Assembly: GCA_963827685.1 (NCBI GenBank)
Contig: CAWHBU010000003.1
Coordinates: forward strand, 864,001-928,000
Reading direction: 5' to 3'
Source: an uncultured delta proteobacterium
GTDB taxonomy: Bacteria > Desulfobacterota > BSN033 > UBA1163
DNA length: 64,000 bases
Shown: positions 38,381 through 47,777 of the stretch, one piece after another
Layout: each line of letters starts with the position of its first letter
How positions within the stretch are numbered: the first letter of the stretch is position 1
The notes under the pieces: model-generated
Told to the model about the DNA's origin: nothing
The model's database searches: none
The model's input: only the letters and a program-made list of their open reading frames with translations
Made by a program: the position numbers and the translations under genes

Positions 38381-39565
38381 ATGAAGAAAGACGTAGCGGT
38401 CATTGGTGTGGGCCAGAGCAGCTTCGTTAGAGGTTACGAGGGGTCTATCCGGGAACTGGCCTTCGAGGCCTTCAGGGAAGCCATGCAAGATGCAGGCATC
38501 ACCCAGAAAGATGTTGACGCTTCTGTTTTCTGTTCGGCCCCTGAATATGACAAACAACGCTCCCCAGCAGGCGTCCTCGCCGAATACCTGGGTCTTATTC
38601 CTCAGCCGACGTTTTACGTGGAGACCGTATGCTCTTCGAGTAGCACCGGTGTAAAAGTGGGATACAGCATGATCAAGTCTGGCCTCCACGACGTCGTCGT
38701 CGTCCTCGGGTTCCAGAAGATGTCCGAGATCACGTCTGCGGAATCCCAGGAGAGGATGGGCCGGGGCGCTGACATCCAGTGGGAGGCACCCTTTGGAACC
38801 ATGATGCCCGCGTATTACGCCCTCTATGCACAGGCCTACATGGCGAAGCACGGCTTGACCCACGATGACCTGATGGGTGTCAGGCTCAAATCGTCAACCT
38901 ATGGTGTGGTCAACGAGAGGGCGGTCTACAGGAAAGCGATCAAGCCGGAGGACTTTAAACAAGGCGATCCGGAAGCAAAGATGGCAGGCCCCGTGGCATG
39001 GCCGCTCCGGGTAGGTGACTGTTGTGCAAACGCGGACGGAAGTTCCTGTATCATTCTTGCCAATGCCAAAAAGGCAAAGGCCTTTTCCAACAAACCAATC
39101 TGGATCTTAGGTATCGGTGCGGTGTCAGAGGCAGTCAACATGGCAGCGAGACCCGATTTCGCCAAGGGGCTGAGTGTTGGCTACGGAGCAGCCGCTCAGG
39201 CATACAAGATGGCTGGAATCACCTCGAAGGATGTCAAAGTGGCCGAAGTGCATGACTGCTTCACCATCGCAGAGATCATGGCGTATGAGGGTCTTGGATT
39301 CGCGCCGGTGGGTGAAGGCAAGCAGCTTATTCGCGAGAAAGCGACGTACAAAGAAGGAAAGATCCCCGTGAACGTCGATGGCGGCCTCCTTTCAAAAGGC
39401 CATCCCATTGGTGCAACGGGTGGATCCCAGATCCGTACCATCGTTCTGCAGCTTCGCGGTGAGGCAGGCCCCATGCAGGTGCCGGGGGAGCCGGATATTG
39501 GCCTGGTACACAACATTGGCGGCGTTGGACTTTACGGAAACGTTACGATATTTGGCAGAAACTAA
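38381..39565 (+). CDS. Thiolase (archaeal/SCP2-like type)
   Basis: ETVCSSS catalytic Cys, EVHDCFT, GHPIGATG, HNIGG. Confidence 0.9.
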   Translation: MKKDVAVIGVGQSSFVRGYEGSIRELAFEAFREAMQDAGITQKDVDASVFCSAPEYDKQRSPAGVLAEYLGLIPQPTFYVETVCSSSSTGVKVGYSMIKSGLHDVVVVLGFQKMSEITSAESQERMGRGADIQWEAPFGTMMPAYYALYAQAYMAKHGLTHDDLMGVRLKSSTYGVVNERAVYRKAIKPEDFKQGDPEAKMAGPVAWPLRVGDCCANADGSSCIILANAKKAKAFSNKPIWILGIGAVSEAVNMAARPDFAKGLSVGYGAAAQAYKMAGITSKDVKVAEVHDCFTIAEIMAYEGLGFAPVGEGKQLIREKATYKEGKIPVNVDGGLLSKGHPIGATGGSQIRTIVLQLRGEAGPMQVPGEPDIGLVHNIGGVGLYGNVTIFGRN

Positions 39566-39574
39566 GAAAAGATC

Positions 39575-39747
39575 AATGCAAAATTAGCAGTGATCAATTA
39601 GCAATTTTCAATGAAAAACATAAAGAGAAATTACTTTTCTCAGGTTGTGATGAAGGGATGAAAATAGAAGCCTCTCATTCCTACGGGAAAAGAGATCTGT
39701 TTTCTTTTACTGCAAATTGATAATTGCTAATTGCCCATTTTGCACTG
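39575..39747. repeat. Inverted heptamer-repeat array (CAATTAG / CTAATTG)
   Basis: TGCAAAAT...CAATTAGCAATT faces AATTGCTAATTG...ATTTTGCA, between thiolase and DUF35. Confidence 0.7.
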
Positions 39748-39769
39748 ATTATTTAAATGGAGGTGAGGT

Positions 39770-40183
39770 ATGGGGTTCGAGAAATTCGGAAGGAAAAGCT
39801 TTACGGCCGTCACCAAGACGGCAAAGTTTGTCGATCTTCTTGCAGAAGGGAAAATTGAAGGGACCGTTTGTAAAGATTGCGGTGCAAGATTCTTCCCTCC
39901 ACGGGCCGACTGCGCAAAATGTTTCTCAAAGAACATGGACTGGTTTGAGATGCCCAAGAAAGGCAAACTCGAAACCTTTACCACCGCCTATTATGCACCG
40001 TTTGGCTTTGAGGCGGACCCGCCCTATACCATGGGTGTTGTGGACTTTGGCAATGGTCTGAAGCTCTTCGCCCGGATGGCAAAAGACATAAAGCCTGAAG
40101 AGGTAAAGATGGGCATGGACGTGATCGTCAGACCTTTGAAATACGCAGATGATCAGCTTTCCTTTGAGATTGCGAAGGCCTGA
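39770..40183 (+). CDS. DUF35 Zn-ribbon/OB-fold thiolase partner
   Basis: CKDCG...FPPRADCAKC; OB-fold C-terminus. Confidence 0.9.
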   Translation: MGFEKFGRKSFTAVTKTAKFVDLLAEGKIEGTVCKDCGARFFPPRADCAKCFSKNMDWFEMPKKGKLETFTTAYYAPFGFEADPPYTMGVVDFGNGLKLFARMAKDIKPEEVKMGMDVIVRPLKYADDQLSFEIAKA

Positions 40184-40218
40184 CCGTCAGAATCTGCTAT
40201 CGGAGGCCAGGGTGATCC

Positions 40219-40476
40219 ATGTCCCCTCCATTTAATCGTCTTGACGGATACAGCATTTTCGATGATAAAGGCGAGGTGAAGCGTCTCGTCGAAGGCTTAA
40301 TCCGGGACAGGGACCCCGATGTAACCATTGAAAGTATGAGAAAGATGGATTATTGCTACCTCTTTACACTTTCTAAAAGAGGCATGACCACAGAAGTTGA
40401 ACTGCTCCGAGCTGGAATCGAAGAGAGCGGGGAGTGGAGAAAAGGGAAAATCGACGAAGCCCTCATCGGGCTTTAA
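40219..40476 (+). CDS. Hypothetical protein
   Basis: 85-aa ORF in the same direction; no recognisable motif. Confidence 0.4.
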   Translation: MSPPFNRLDGYSIFDDKGEVKRLVEGLIRDRDPDVTIESMRKMDYCYLFTLSKRGMTTEVELLRAGIEESGEWRKGKIDEALIGL

Positions 40477-40501
40477 CCCCTTTGTCTTTCGAAAAACCTT
40501 G

Positions 40502-41302
40502 TTACCGATACATCTCCTTGGCAGCCAAATTTTCAGGATCAACTTCGGTCGTTGAAAGATCAACGATCCACGTCCTGATTAAGGACGGACCCGCCCCTTC
40601 TCCCGAAGACTGCGTGACCCGATACTTATTCTTTCCGATCTCCTTCGCTTCATACTTCCATTTTAGATTTGGAAAAGATCGTGTTCTCTCTTCGATCATC
40701 CTCATTTCGACAGATCTCTTCTTACCCGTTGCGGGATCAGTCAGAGTGGGATGACTCCTTACCAACTCCACGGCCTTAGAAGCACGAGCCTTCGATTGAC
40801 TCAAACTTGTCTTGCTCGCACTTGCTTTCATCGGAACGGAGATGAGACTCCCTTCCGTAATCTTTATCTCCAAATAGTTCCCATCCGCACTCAAGTAGCC
40901 TATTTGACCCGTGTCAAATTTTACCTGATAGAAATTCATTGTCCCCAAACGATTCTTAACCACCTCCATAATGACGAGCCCTTCCTTCTCTCTCTTCACT
41001 CTCAATTTTCTTCCCAGATCATCCGGGGATTCATAGAACTCTGCGGGATTAACTGTCGGAACGGTCATCAACCGTTTGCCAATGTTTCTTTTCAATTTGG
41101 CAAGCTTCTCTTTTTCATACTCCTCGATGGCCGGAATAGGACCGACTTTCGAATCCTCCTTAGGAGAAGACCCTTCCTCATTCTTCGCCAATAGGGATAA
41201 AGAATCTTTAAGAGAATGCTGACCGAGGCACGGGTAGGTTGGAATGAAGGAGAAATAGAGAAAAGCAATGAATACGATCAAAATAGGCAGGCGGGTATTC
41301 AT
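40502..41302 (-). CDS. Hypothetical exported/membrane-anchored protein
   Basis: N-terminal hydrophobic segment; GGGAGG SD. Confidence 0.65.
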   Translation of the reverse strand: MNTRLPILIVFIAFLYFSFIPTYPCLGQHSLKDSLSLLAKNEEGSSPKEDSKVGPIPAIEEYEKEKLAKLKRNIGKRLMTVPTVNPAEFYESPDDLGRKLRVKREKEGLVIMEVVKNRLGTMNFYQVKFDTGQIGYLSADGNYLEIKITEGSLISVPMKASASKTSLSQSKARASKAVELVRSHPTLTDPATGKKRSVEMRMIEERTRSFPNLKWKYEAKEIGKNKYRVTQSSGEGAGPSLIRTWIVDLSTTEVDPENLAAKEMYR

Positions 41303-41330
41303 GGATCAATCCTCCCGTTAAATTATCGCA

Positions 41331-41346
41331 TGCAAATACGATGCCC
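41331..41346 (-). promoter_or_regulatory. Sigma54-type promoter candidate
   Basis: GGGCATCGTATTTGCA (GG-N10-GC) just upstream of 41302. Confidence 0.45.
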
Positions 41347-41438
41347 TCTTCCAAAATTCATAACTCATTGAAATTCCTAAATCCGTAAAGGAGTACTTTT
41401 AAGGAGCTTGATCCGAAACATATCTTTTGTCCAATTTT

Positions 41439-41550
41439 GTGAAGCTCCACGCCCTATAGGGCGGGGCTTCCCGGCGAGGTAGTTTCCGTTTGTATTGTGC
41501 CCCTCGACCCCACCCTAAAAGGGTAGGACCGGGGCAGTTGCCGGCCAAAA
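41439..41550. mobile_element. Short non-autonomous palindromic element (IS200/IS605-end- or REP-like)
   Basis: GAAGCTCCACGCCCTATAGGGCGGGGCTTC hairpin plus second TGCCCC...GGGGCA hairpin; no transposase. Confidence 0.5.
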
Positions 41551-41735
41551 TCATAATCTGTTGCAGGCAACACGCAAAACCCAGTGAGACGAAAGAAAGG
41601 AACAATTAGAAAACCAGAATGTTTCTTCCAACTGCAAAGCGTGCGGGTTAGCCTACGATAGAATTCGCTGATTTACGATTGAAAGAGAAAGTAATGGTAT
41701 TTAGTAAGTTGGAGCAGTTCTGAGATATTGGGTCA

Positions 41736-42866
41736 CTATCGCATACTTTTTAAAGTTGTCTCCTGTTGATAAAGTTGCCATTCAAATAGCTCCAAAAGCC
41801 AAATTGTGCTCTGGCTTAAGAATCCGTCGATTAATAGCCAATATCTCGATTCTTGTAACGCAGCAACGCTATGTGGGTCGTAACGGACCAAAGAACTAAG
41901 CCAGAAAATCAAAGAATAAAGGATGGAGATTTGAGGAAGTCGCAACGGAAATTGCGTTTGGACTGGTATTTTGTAGACAAGCTTACCATCTTCCATGTGA
42001 GGAAATAGATTCATTGCTTTTATCTCATTTTCGATAAATCTAAAAAGCCCCTCTCTCTTCTTCTTGGGTATTTTCTTCGGCTTTTGGAGTTCAAAAGTCA
42101 ATAAATTATCTTTATATGATTGAACCTGAATATACTTACTGTCCCTATATGTAATTATCTCAAGGAACTTTTGACGAGTTAATTTTAAGTCCTTTAAATC
42201 ATCTCGACTGACTGAGAAGCGCATCCAGTAATCATTACTGGCCGGGGCAACAAAAGTATCTATCTTTTTGAGGGAGACTAACCTGATTGGTTCGTTATAA
42301 GTTCTTTCATATTCCGTACCCGTATCAGCTGAATAAGCAAACAGGTCCTTTATTTTTAGCTTCGTAGGATTTCGGATAGTAACTGGGTTTCCAATGACTG
42401 CTTCATATAATTCGTGCCATACGCCTCTGGTCGTGAGGCTCACGAATTCTTTTTCCATATTTACTAAATAGTCCATATTTGGTGTCCAGCTTATTCCGTG
42501 TCGATAATTCTCATTTGTCTGGTGAAAATTTGGCTTCTTAATTTCACAGACAGCCTTTGCAAGGTTGAGAAAGGCGTAATAATAGAAAAGAGGTGCTGTA
42601 TTTGGTTTAGCGACACGGGCAGCTTGGTAGAATTCATTTGCTTGGGTCAAATATACTTTCAAATTGTTTGCAATGGCCAAACGCGCACTCCTTTTTTTTA
42701 TTCCATAATAATTAAATAAAACCATATCCGCTACTTCCTTAGCGCATAGATGACTAATAGATGACCATACTATCTTCTCAGGATCTCCGATGGTTTGTTC
42801 TTGGATTTGCCATGGCAAGAAGGAAAATCCAGAGGATTCTCCAATTCGGGGTTTGGGAAGCACCAT
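41736..42866 (-). CDS. YaaC-like protein
   Basis: PLFYYYAFLNLAKA...RHG and LSSLVRYDP motifs; AT-rich. Confidence 0.7.
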   Translation of the reverse strand: MVLPKPRIGESSGFSFLPWQIQEQTIGDPEKIVWSSISHLCAKEVADMVLFNYYGIKKRSARLAIANNLKVYLTQANEFYQAARVAKPNTAPLFYYYAFLNLAKAVCEIKKPNFHQTNENYRHGISWTPNMDYLVNMEKEFVSLTTRGVWHELYEAVIGNPVTIRNPTKLKIKDLFAYSADTGTEYERTYNEPIRLVSLKKIDTFVAPASNDYWMRFSVSRDDLKDLKLTRQKFLEIITYRDSKYIQVQSYKDNLLTFELQKPKKIPKKKREGLFRFIENEIKAMNLFPHMEDGKLVYKIPVQTQFPLRLPQISILYSLIFWLSSLVRYDPHSVAALQESRYWLLIDGFLSQSTIWLLELFEWQLYQQETTLKSMR

Positions 42867-42962
42867 TTTATTGACCTACTATATCTTTTAGTTTGGGTAA
42901 CAAAGCCTTACCATTTGAAATCTATAACTTTGGAGAGCTTCTGTCAACCAACGATTTCAGGA

Positions 42963-43023
42963 AGGAGTCTTCATTTTCCCAAATCCCACCAATCAAAAAA
43001 ACCATGTTGAGGCTTTCACCTAC
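42963..43023. repeat. 59-bp duplicated coding relic containing an empty IS110 target (copy 2 at 51500-51558)
   Basis: 51/59 identical by manual alignment; ends TTTCAC-CT-AC. Confidence 0.8.
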
Positions 43024-43148
43024 CTCGGTCCAAGGAAATTCAGGAGATTGGCGATTATTGACAGAAATATTCATAAATAAAAAAACAAGGCGAAGCAGAC
43101 TGTAAATGGCAGCCTACCTCGCCCTGCAAGATTAGAGTCTTGCCTTTC

Positions 43149-44213
43149 TTAAACTGTAAACAGGTATCTCGTTCCAACAGTGTTTAGGATAAACTGGCCT
43201 GGCATTTCCCTATCAAAGACGGTAATTGCTTCATATCCCGTACAGTGTGTAGGAACAATATAGTCTGGATTGACAGCCTTAATATCTGCTACTGTCCTCT
43301 GGATAAGCTCTGGTTTAGCTCCAGTCAAATGGAATCCACCCATGACTGCATGAACCTTATCAATACCTGTCATTTTTTGGGCATGCTTCACGATATTGAC
43401 AATCCCAACGTGTGCACAGCCTACGAGGACGATTAATCCTTTTCCTTTCAGATTCAGAACTACCGCATACTCCCCTATGAAATTGTCTGGCACTAATTTC
43501 CCTCCTCTTTCGATTAAAAGATAAGGAGAACCTTTTTCATACTCCGTCACTCTTTCTACGCTCCCTGTCAAATAAGCTCCAGGAACTATTGGGGTTGGGT
43601 CTTTGATTTCCACAATGTTAACAAAACCCAAGCGTTCAACATTTTCTCTTTTTAATTGTCCCAGGCTGACAACTCCAGCTGGAAATTGACCAAATCTTTC
43701 AACAAAACCCTCCTCTCCCATGTATAGAGGGATTCCCTTGCGGAATTCTTCTTTTTTCGATTTTAGGATTTCAAGGAATGTCCCCCAATGGTCAAAGTGC
43801 CCGTGACTCAATCCAAGAGCTTCTACTGTCCTGAAGTCAATATTTAATAGCTCCATATTCCTGCTGACCCCTTGAAAATCTACACCGTAATCAAACAGGA
43901 AGGAATGGGGATTGCCACTTAACACCGTTTCAATGTGATAGGACAAACCATGTTCGGCATGCAGATTTAATTTATAAATATCAGTCCCAGGCTTGATCCC
44001 GATTCCATATCTTCTGGCAATTTTATAATGCTGTTTGAGTGCATCATAGTAATTGTCCGTGATGACTGTAACCGTAGCTTTCTCCACCTCTGGAATCTTG
44101 ACTGCCCCATAAGCCAAATTCATTCCCCCTTTGACCATATCACCTGCTAAGACCAGAGCACCTGTGGCTAAAGAGGCCTTTACGAATTCTCTTCGATTCA
44201 TCTTCTTTTCCAT
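43149..44213 (-). CDS. Tat-exported MBL-fold metallohydrolase
   Basis: NRREFVK; AEHGLS, SHGHFDH, GCAH, GGFHL, PTHCTG. Confidence 0.85.
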   Translation of the reverse strand: MEKKMNRREFVKASLATGALVLAGDMVKGGMNLAYGAVKIPEVEKATVTVITDNYYDALKQHYKIARRYGIGIKPGTDIYKLNLHAEHGLSYHIETVLSGNPHSFLFDYGVDFQGVSRNMELLNIDFRTVEALGLSHGHFDHWGTFLEILKSKKEEFRKGIPLYMGEEGFVERFGQFPAGVVSLGQLKRENVERLGFVNIVEIKDPTPIVPGAYLTGSVERVTEYEKGSPYLLIERGGKLVPDNFIGEYAVVLNLKGKGLIVLVGCAHVGIVNIVKHAQKMTGIDKVHAVMGGFHLTGAKPELIQRTVADIKAVNPDYIVPTHCTGYEAITVFDREMPGQFILNTVGTRYLFTV

Positions 44214-44580
44214 AATTATTACCTCCTTGTTGTGTATTTGCTGAGATTCTCCTAAGCAAAATTAGAATATCAAAAGTGACCTTCTTGTCAATACCTAAAA
44301 TGAGATTGTGAAAATTATCTTTTTGAGGATTACCCTTTGAAAGGTTGTATAGAGGGGTAATTTCGAGGATTCACGATAACAGGAAGGAATCGTCGGAGCT
44401 TCTACGTGGGGAAACCCTTCAATGGGTGAGCTCTTGGCTAAAGCGGGGTTCTAATGAAACGGAGAAGGTAATTGCACCAAGAAGAGGACACACACTTAAG
44501 CTGAGGAAAACGAGCAGGCATAAGGTTTAAGGTCTGCTCGTTTTCAACTTAAATTGTCCTGAACGAAAGTTAATCTAAGA

Positions 44581-44617
44581 GAGCTGTCAATTGAACCCTC
44601 GACCTACTGATTACGAA
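44581..44617 (-). pseudogene. tRNA-Thr(CGT) 3'-half fragment
   Basis: Minus strand TT-CGT-AA-TCAGT-AGGTC-GAGGG-TTCAATT...CAGCTC gives anticodon loop, variable loop and T-arm 5' side; no D-arm or 5' half. Confidence 0.7.
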
Positions 44618-44911
44618 ACCTGAAAAATGATATTTATTGCATCTGGTGTATTTTACTTACTTATGGCTTATTAGGGTCTTTCTCTGTCTTGATTACTCTT
44701 TGTTCATAAGGTTCAGACATAAGCCGCTTCCAATCATCAAGTGGTCTGTCACCTTTGCCACTCTCAGGATGCCATTCCTTAACCCGTCTTGGCTTAGATT
44801 TACTGTTTGTCTTAATTGCCATTTGTCTTTGCCTCTTTTTGAATTTTAACATACTTCGTCAGTTTGTACCAGACCCTATTAGGCCTTTCCCCTTTATCTG
44901 AGACCTCAAAC

Positions 44912-45014
44912 TCAGCGTCGTTCGATCATTCGCCTGGTATCGGATTCGATAAGAAATCCCTTTTTTCTCTTCCAGGATAGGGGGCTCTTGATAAATATCG
45001 AAGAGGGTAACTGC
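44912..45014 (-). pseudogene. pheT: Fragment of PheT C-terminal anticodon-binding domain
   Basis: AVTLFDIYQEPPILEEKKGISYRIRYQANDRT. Confidence 0.7.
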
Positions 45015-45289
45015 TCCAAAAAGAGGACACACACTTAAGATTGATGTTAGCGGTAGGCTTTTTTTCCCCTTGTGCAAAGGCTCTAAAAATGCACAATCTG
45101 TGATGCCTGCATAGAATTATGCCAATATGCCTAAGACTTGGAATAAGGCCATTTTTTAAATCTTAGGAGCACTTTTTCCATCAATTTACTAACCAACATC
45201 TTACAACTTCTTAACATTGCACGAGTTTTTAAACACTCTGATTCCAAGCCCGATAAGCCTACTTGTAGTTCACGTGATGGAACAGTAAT

Positions 45290-45305
45290 TGGCATAATGT
45301 TTGCT
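45290..45305 (+). promoter_or_regulatory. Sigma54 promoter
   Basis: TGGCATAATGTTTGCT matches -24/-12 TGGCA-N7-TTGC. Confidence 0.65.
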
Positions 45306-45354
45306 CTTAACCACCTTAGAGGAAAGTAAAATGACCGTAAAAAAAGGAGACAAG

Positions 45355-45462
45355 ATGAAAAAGAGTAGAAAGAAGCAGGCAAAGAAGGCGAAAGATCCGA
45401 AGAAAGTAGCGGCGGCAAAGAAAGGGTGGAAGACCATTAGAACGAAAGCGAAGAAACGGTAA
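45355..45462 (+). CDS. 35-aa Lys/Arg-rich microprotein (not in ORF track)
   Basis: AAGGAG SD; MKKSRKKQAKKAKDPKKVAAAKKGWKTIRTKAKKR; promoter upstream and hairpin downstream. Confidence 0.6.
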   Translation: MKKSRKKQAKKAKDPKKVAAAKKGWKTIRTKAKKR

Positions 45463-45873
45463 GAACTTTTTGTTCTCCGAAACAATGCTTCCGAGGGTTG
45501 AGAAGGAAACGAGCAGGCACAAAGTTTAAGGTCTGCTCGTTTTACTCAAATTTTCCTAAACGAAACTTAATCCTAAAGAGATAGTGGATTGACTCCTCGA
45601 CCTAACGAGTACACTTACTTATCTTCAGTCCAAGATGAGTGATAGATTCAACGATTACGGGTAGAAATGCGCACAAAAAAGGCAGGACCATTTCTGACCC
45701 TGCCTTTAATATCTATCTCGCTAATTCGATTTACCCCTGCTCATGGTGGTTCTGGGTCTCTATCTGCCCGCCAATTCTGAAGAACAAACTTGACATGATA
45801 CGATCTCTGCGAGAACTCCCCTTGCGGGTAAAACGACGGGCAGGAAGATCTCCAGGGATGCTCAGGGCGACTA

Positions 45874-47115
45874 CTATTGCATCTTGGCCCGACACGCCAA
45901 AGCAGTGCCTACCGGCAGGCAGGCGTTGCAGGATATACATTCCGCCTTGTCTGGTCCCTCTCCGGATCGCCAAAGGATGGGGAGATCCGGCTGGCGGATA
46001 AGGGGCCTGGACATTGAGACGAAATCCGCCGCCTTTGAAGTCAACACTTCTTCGATTTTACTAAATGACCTGAGCCCACCCACCAGGATGACCGTAGCGT
46101 TCGTCTTTTCTTTGAGCGCCTTGCCCCCCTGTAGGAAGTAGGCTTCTTGATCCTGAGCCTTGATGCCAGTCCGCGACTCGGGAACCATCACAGGAAGCCA
46201 GCCCAGCTCCTCCTTCTTCCGGGTCACTGCCTCCCACATGCCTCCGCTGGTCTCAATAGCGGCGAACCCAACCTCTGAGAGCATTTTCCCCACCCGGACC
46301 GCTTCATTGAGGTCTACACCTCCAGGAAGGAAGTCTGTGGTGTTTATTTTGATCAAGATGGGAAAACGATCACCGACCTTCCTTCTGGCGCGTTGATAGA
46401 TATCTTTAATAATCCTGGTCCGATTCTCAGTCGAACCTCCGTATTGATCCTCACGTTGATTGGTCCGTGGCGACAAAAAAGTGCTTAAAAGATAGCCGTG
46501 AGCAGCATGTAATTGAACCCCGTCAAAACCAGCCTCTTGTGCCCGCCGTACGCCCTCGGCAAAGGCCTCGATGATTTCGTTTATTTCGTCCAGGGTCAAC
46601 GCCCTTGGCGTCCGACCAAAGGTAGCATCGTAGACCGCGGATGGCGCGGTTGGCTCCACCACAGGGGGCGCTTCTCTCGGAGGTGCCATGACCTCAGGGT
46701 GCTTTTGAATATAAGCCAAAAAGGCTGGCGGGAGTACCGGCATTAATTTGGCAGCGTCTTCTCGATGAATGACCTGCCTTCCAGGATGGACCAATTGCAG
46801 CATCACCCTGCAGTCCGGAGCAGCTTCGTGCACTGCCTGTGGGATCTTTCGAAGACTCGCGATGAAATCGTCGTTATCCGCCCGTATGCTGAGATCGGGT
46901 GCCAGCGCCTTGGAGTATACGCCCGCGTAGCCGGTGATTATGAGACCCACACCCCCTTTGGCCAAAGTACCGTAAAGGTCAACCAAAAAGTCCGATACCT
47001 CACCTTTACTTGTGGCTGCGCTCTCGTAGGTGGCCGAACGAACTAAACGATTTTTGATTTCGAGCTGTCCAATGCGTGCCGGAGTGAAGACAATCGAGTC
47101 CTTTCTGATAACCAT
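45874..47115 (-). CDS. NADH:flavin oxidoreductase (Old Yellow Enzyme family)
   Basis: NRLVRSAT, AGFDGVQLHAAHGYLLSTFLSP, NQREDQYGGS, C-terminal CISCNAC. Confidence 0.9.
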   Translation of the reverse strand: MVIRKDSIVFTPARIGQLEIKNRLVRSATYESAATSKGEVSDFLVDLYGTLAKGGVGLIITGYAGVYSKALAPDLSIRADNDDFIASLRKIPQAVHEAAPDCRVMLQLVHPGRQVIHREDAAKLMPVLPPAFLAYIQKHPEVMAPPREAPPVVEPTAPSAVYDATFGRTPRALTLDEINEIIEAFAEGVRRAQEAGFDGVQLHAAHGYLLSTFLSPRTNQREDQYGGSTENRTRIIKDIYQRARRKVGDRFPILIKINTTDFLPGGVDLNEAVRVGKMLSEVGFAAIETSGGMWEAVTRKKEELGWLPVMVPESRTGIKAQDQEAYFLQGGKALKEKTNATVILVGGLRSFSKIEEVLTSKAADFVSMSRPLIRQPDLPILWRSGEGPDKAECISCNACLPVGTALACRAKMQ

Positions 47116-47132
47116 ATCCCCTCCTTGGATTT

Positions 47133-47432
47133 TTAACCCATTCCAATTGCTTTAAGAGCTTCCTTAGCTTCAAGCCATATGTTTAAAGAATAGGTGAGGC
47201 CAGGCACCCCATAATATTTTGTGTAACGGGCAGTGAGAACCTCCATCGCCGCTGAAACTTTGGATTTGTCGAACTCATAAATAACAATGGATTTAATTCC
47301 CGCCCCTACTTCGCTGCTGACATAAGGTCCTTTCATGGTTATGTATGCAGGTAGAGGGGGTTGCTCAATAAAACGCTTAGCGTGTTCTTTTACACTTTCC
47401 GGGGGATACGACAAAATACCTATGATAACCAT
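47133..47432 (-). CDS. Hypothetical protein (99 aa)
   Basis: AGGAGG SD before ATG 47432; same direction as the OYE gene. Confidence 0.6.
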   Translation of the reverse strand: MVIIGILSYPPESVKEHAKRFIEQPPLPAYITMKGPYVSSEVGAGIKSIVIYEFDKSKVSAAMEVLTARYTKYYGVPGLTYSLNIWLEAKEALKAIGMG

Positions 47433-47777
47433 TTTTAACCTCCTTTTCTGTGGCAAAGAAATAGATGAGTTCATTTAATCGGACTAAAATCCCGAACATC
47501 AAAAAAGTATGCCCCCAAGAAGTCATAGCAACCCCTTAGAGGCTTCATATGGGCATCTTGTGATAACCCCATTTCATACGGCACCCAAGAAGGTTAGAGG
47601 TTAAGTTGTAAGGTTAATTAGGGACAGGTGGGAAATACTATAAATACACCATACTCTCATCTGCATGGAAAATCAAGGGAAAAATTCCATCCATAATTTA
47701 CCCCATATTGCTGATTTTCGTTTGAAATGTTGCATAGAAGGGCAGAAATCGAAAAACAAGATTACAGTCAACTATTT

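Larger units (their letters stand above)
44467..45613. repeat. Two-part direct repeats: unit A 44467-44500 / 45006-45039, unit B 44507-44617 / 45507-45613
   Basis: A: GGTAAyTGCwCCAArAAGAGGACACACACTTAAG; B: AAACGAGCAGGC...GTCTGCTCGTTT hairpin plus tRNA-like tail. Confidence 0.8.

Noticed and set aside
44581-44617. Functional tRNA gene
   Set aside because: 5' half and D-arm are absent and the T-stem 3' side is deleted.
44661-44852. Small basic ORF
   Set aside because: No clear SD or motif; lies among repeat scars.
44467-45613. CRISPR array
   Set aside because: Only two copies of each unit, irregular spacing, no cas genes.
45904-45924. GCCTGCCTGCCGGTAGGCA repeat inside the OYE gene end
   Set aside because: Matches the intergenic mini-repeat but encodes the expected ACLPVG after CISCN; probably coincidental.
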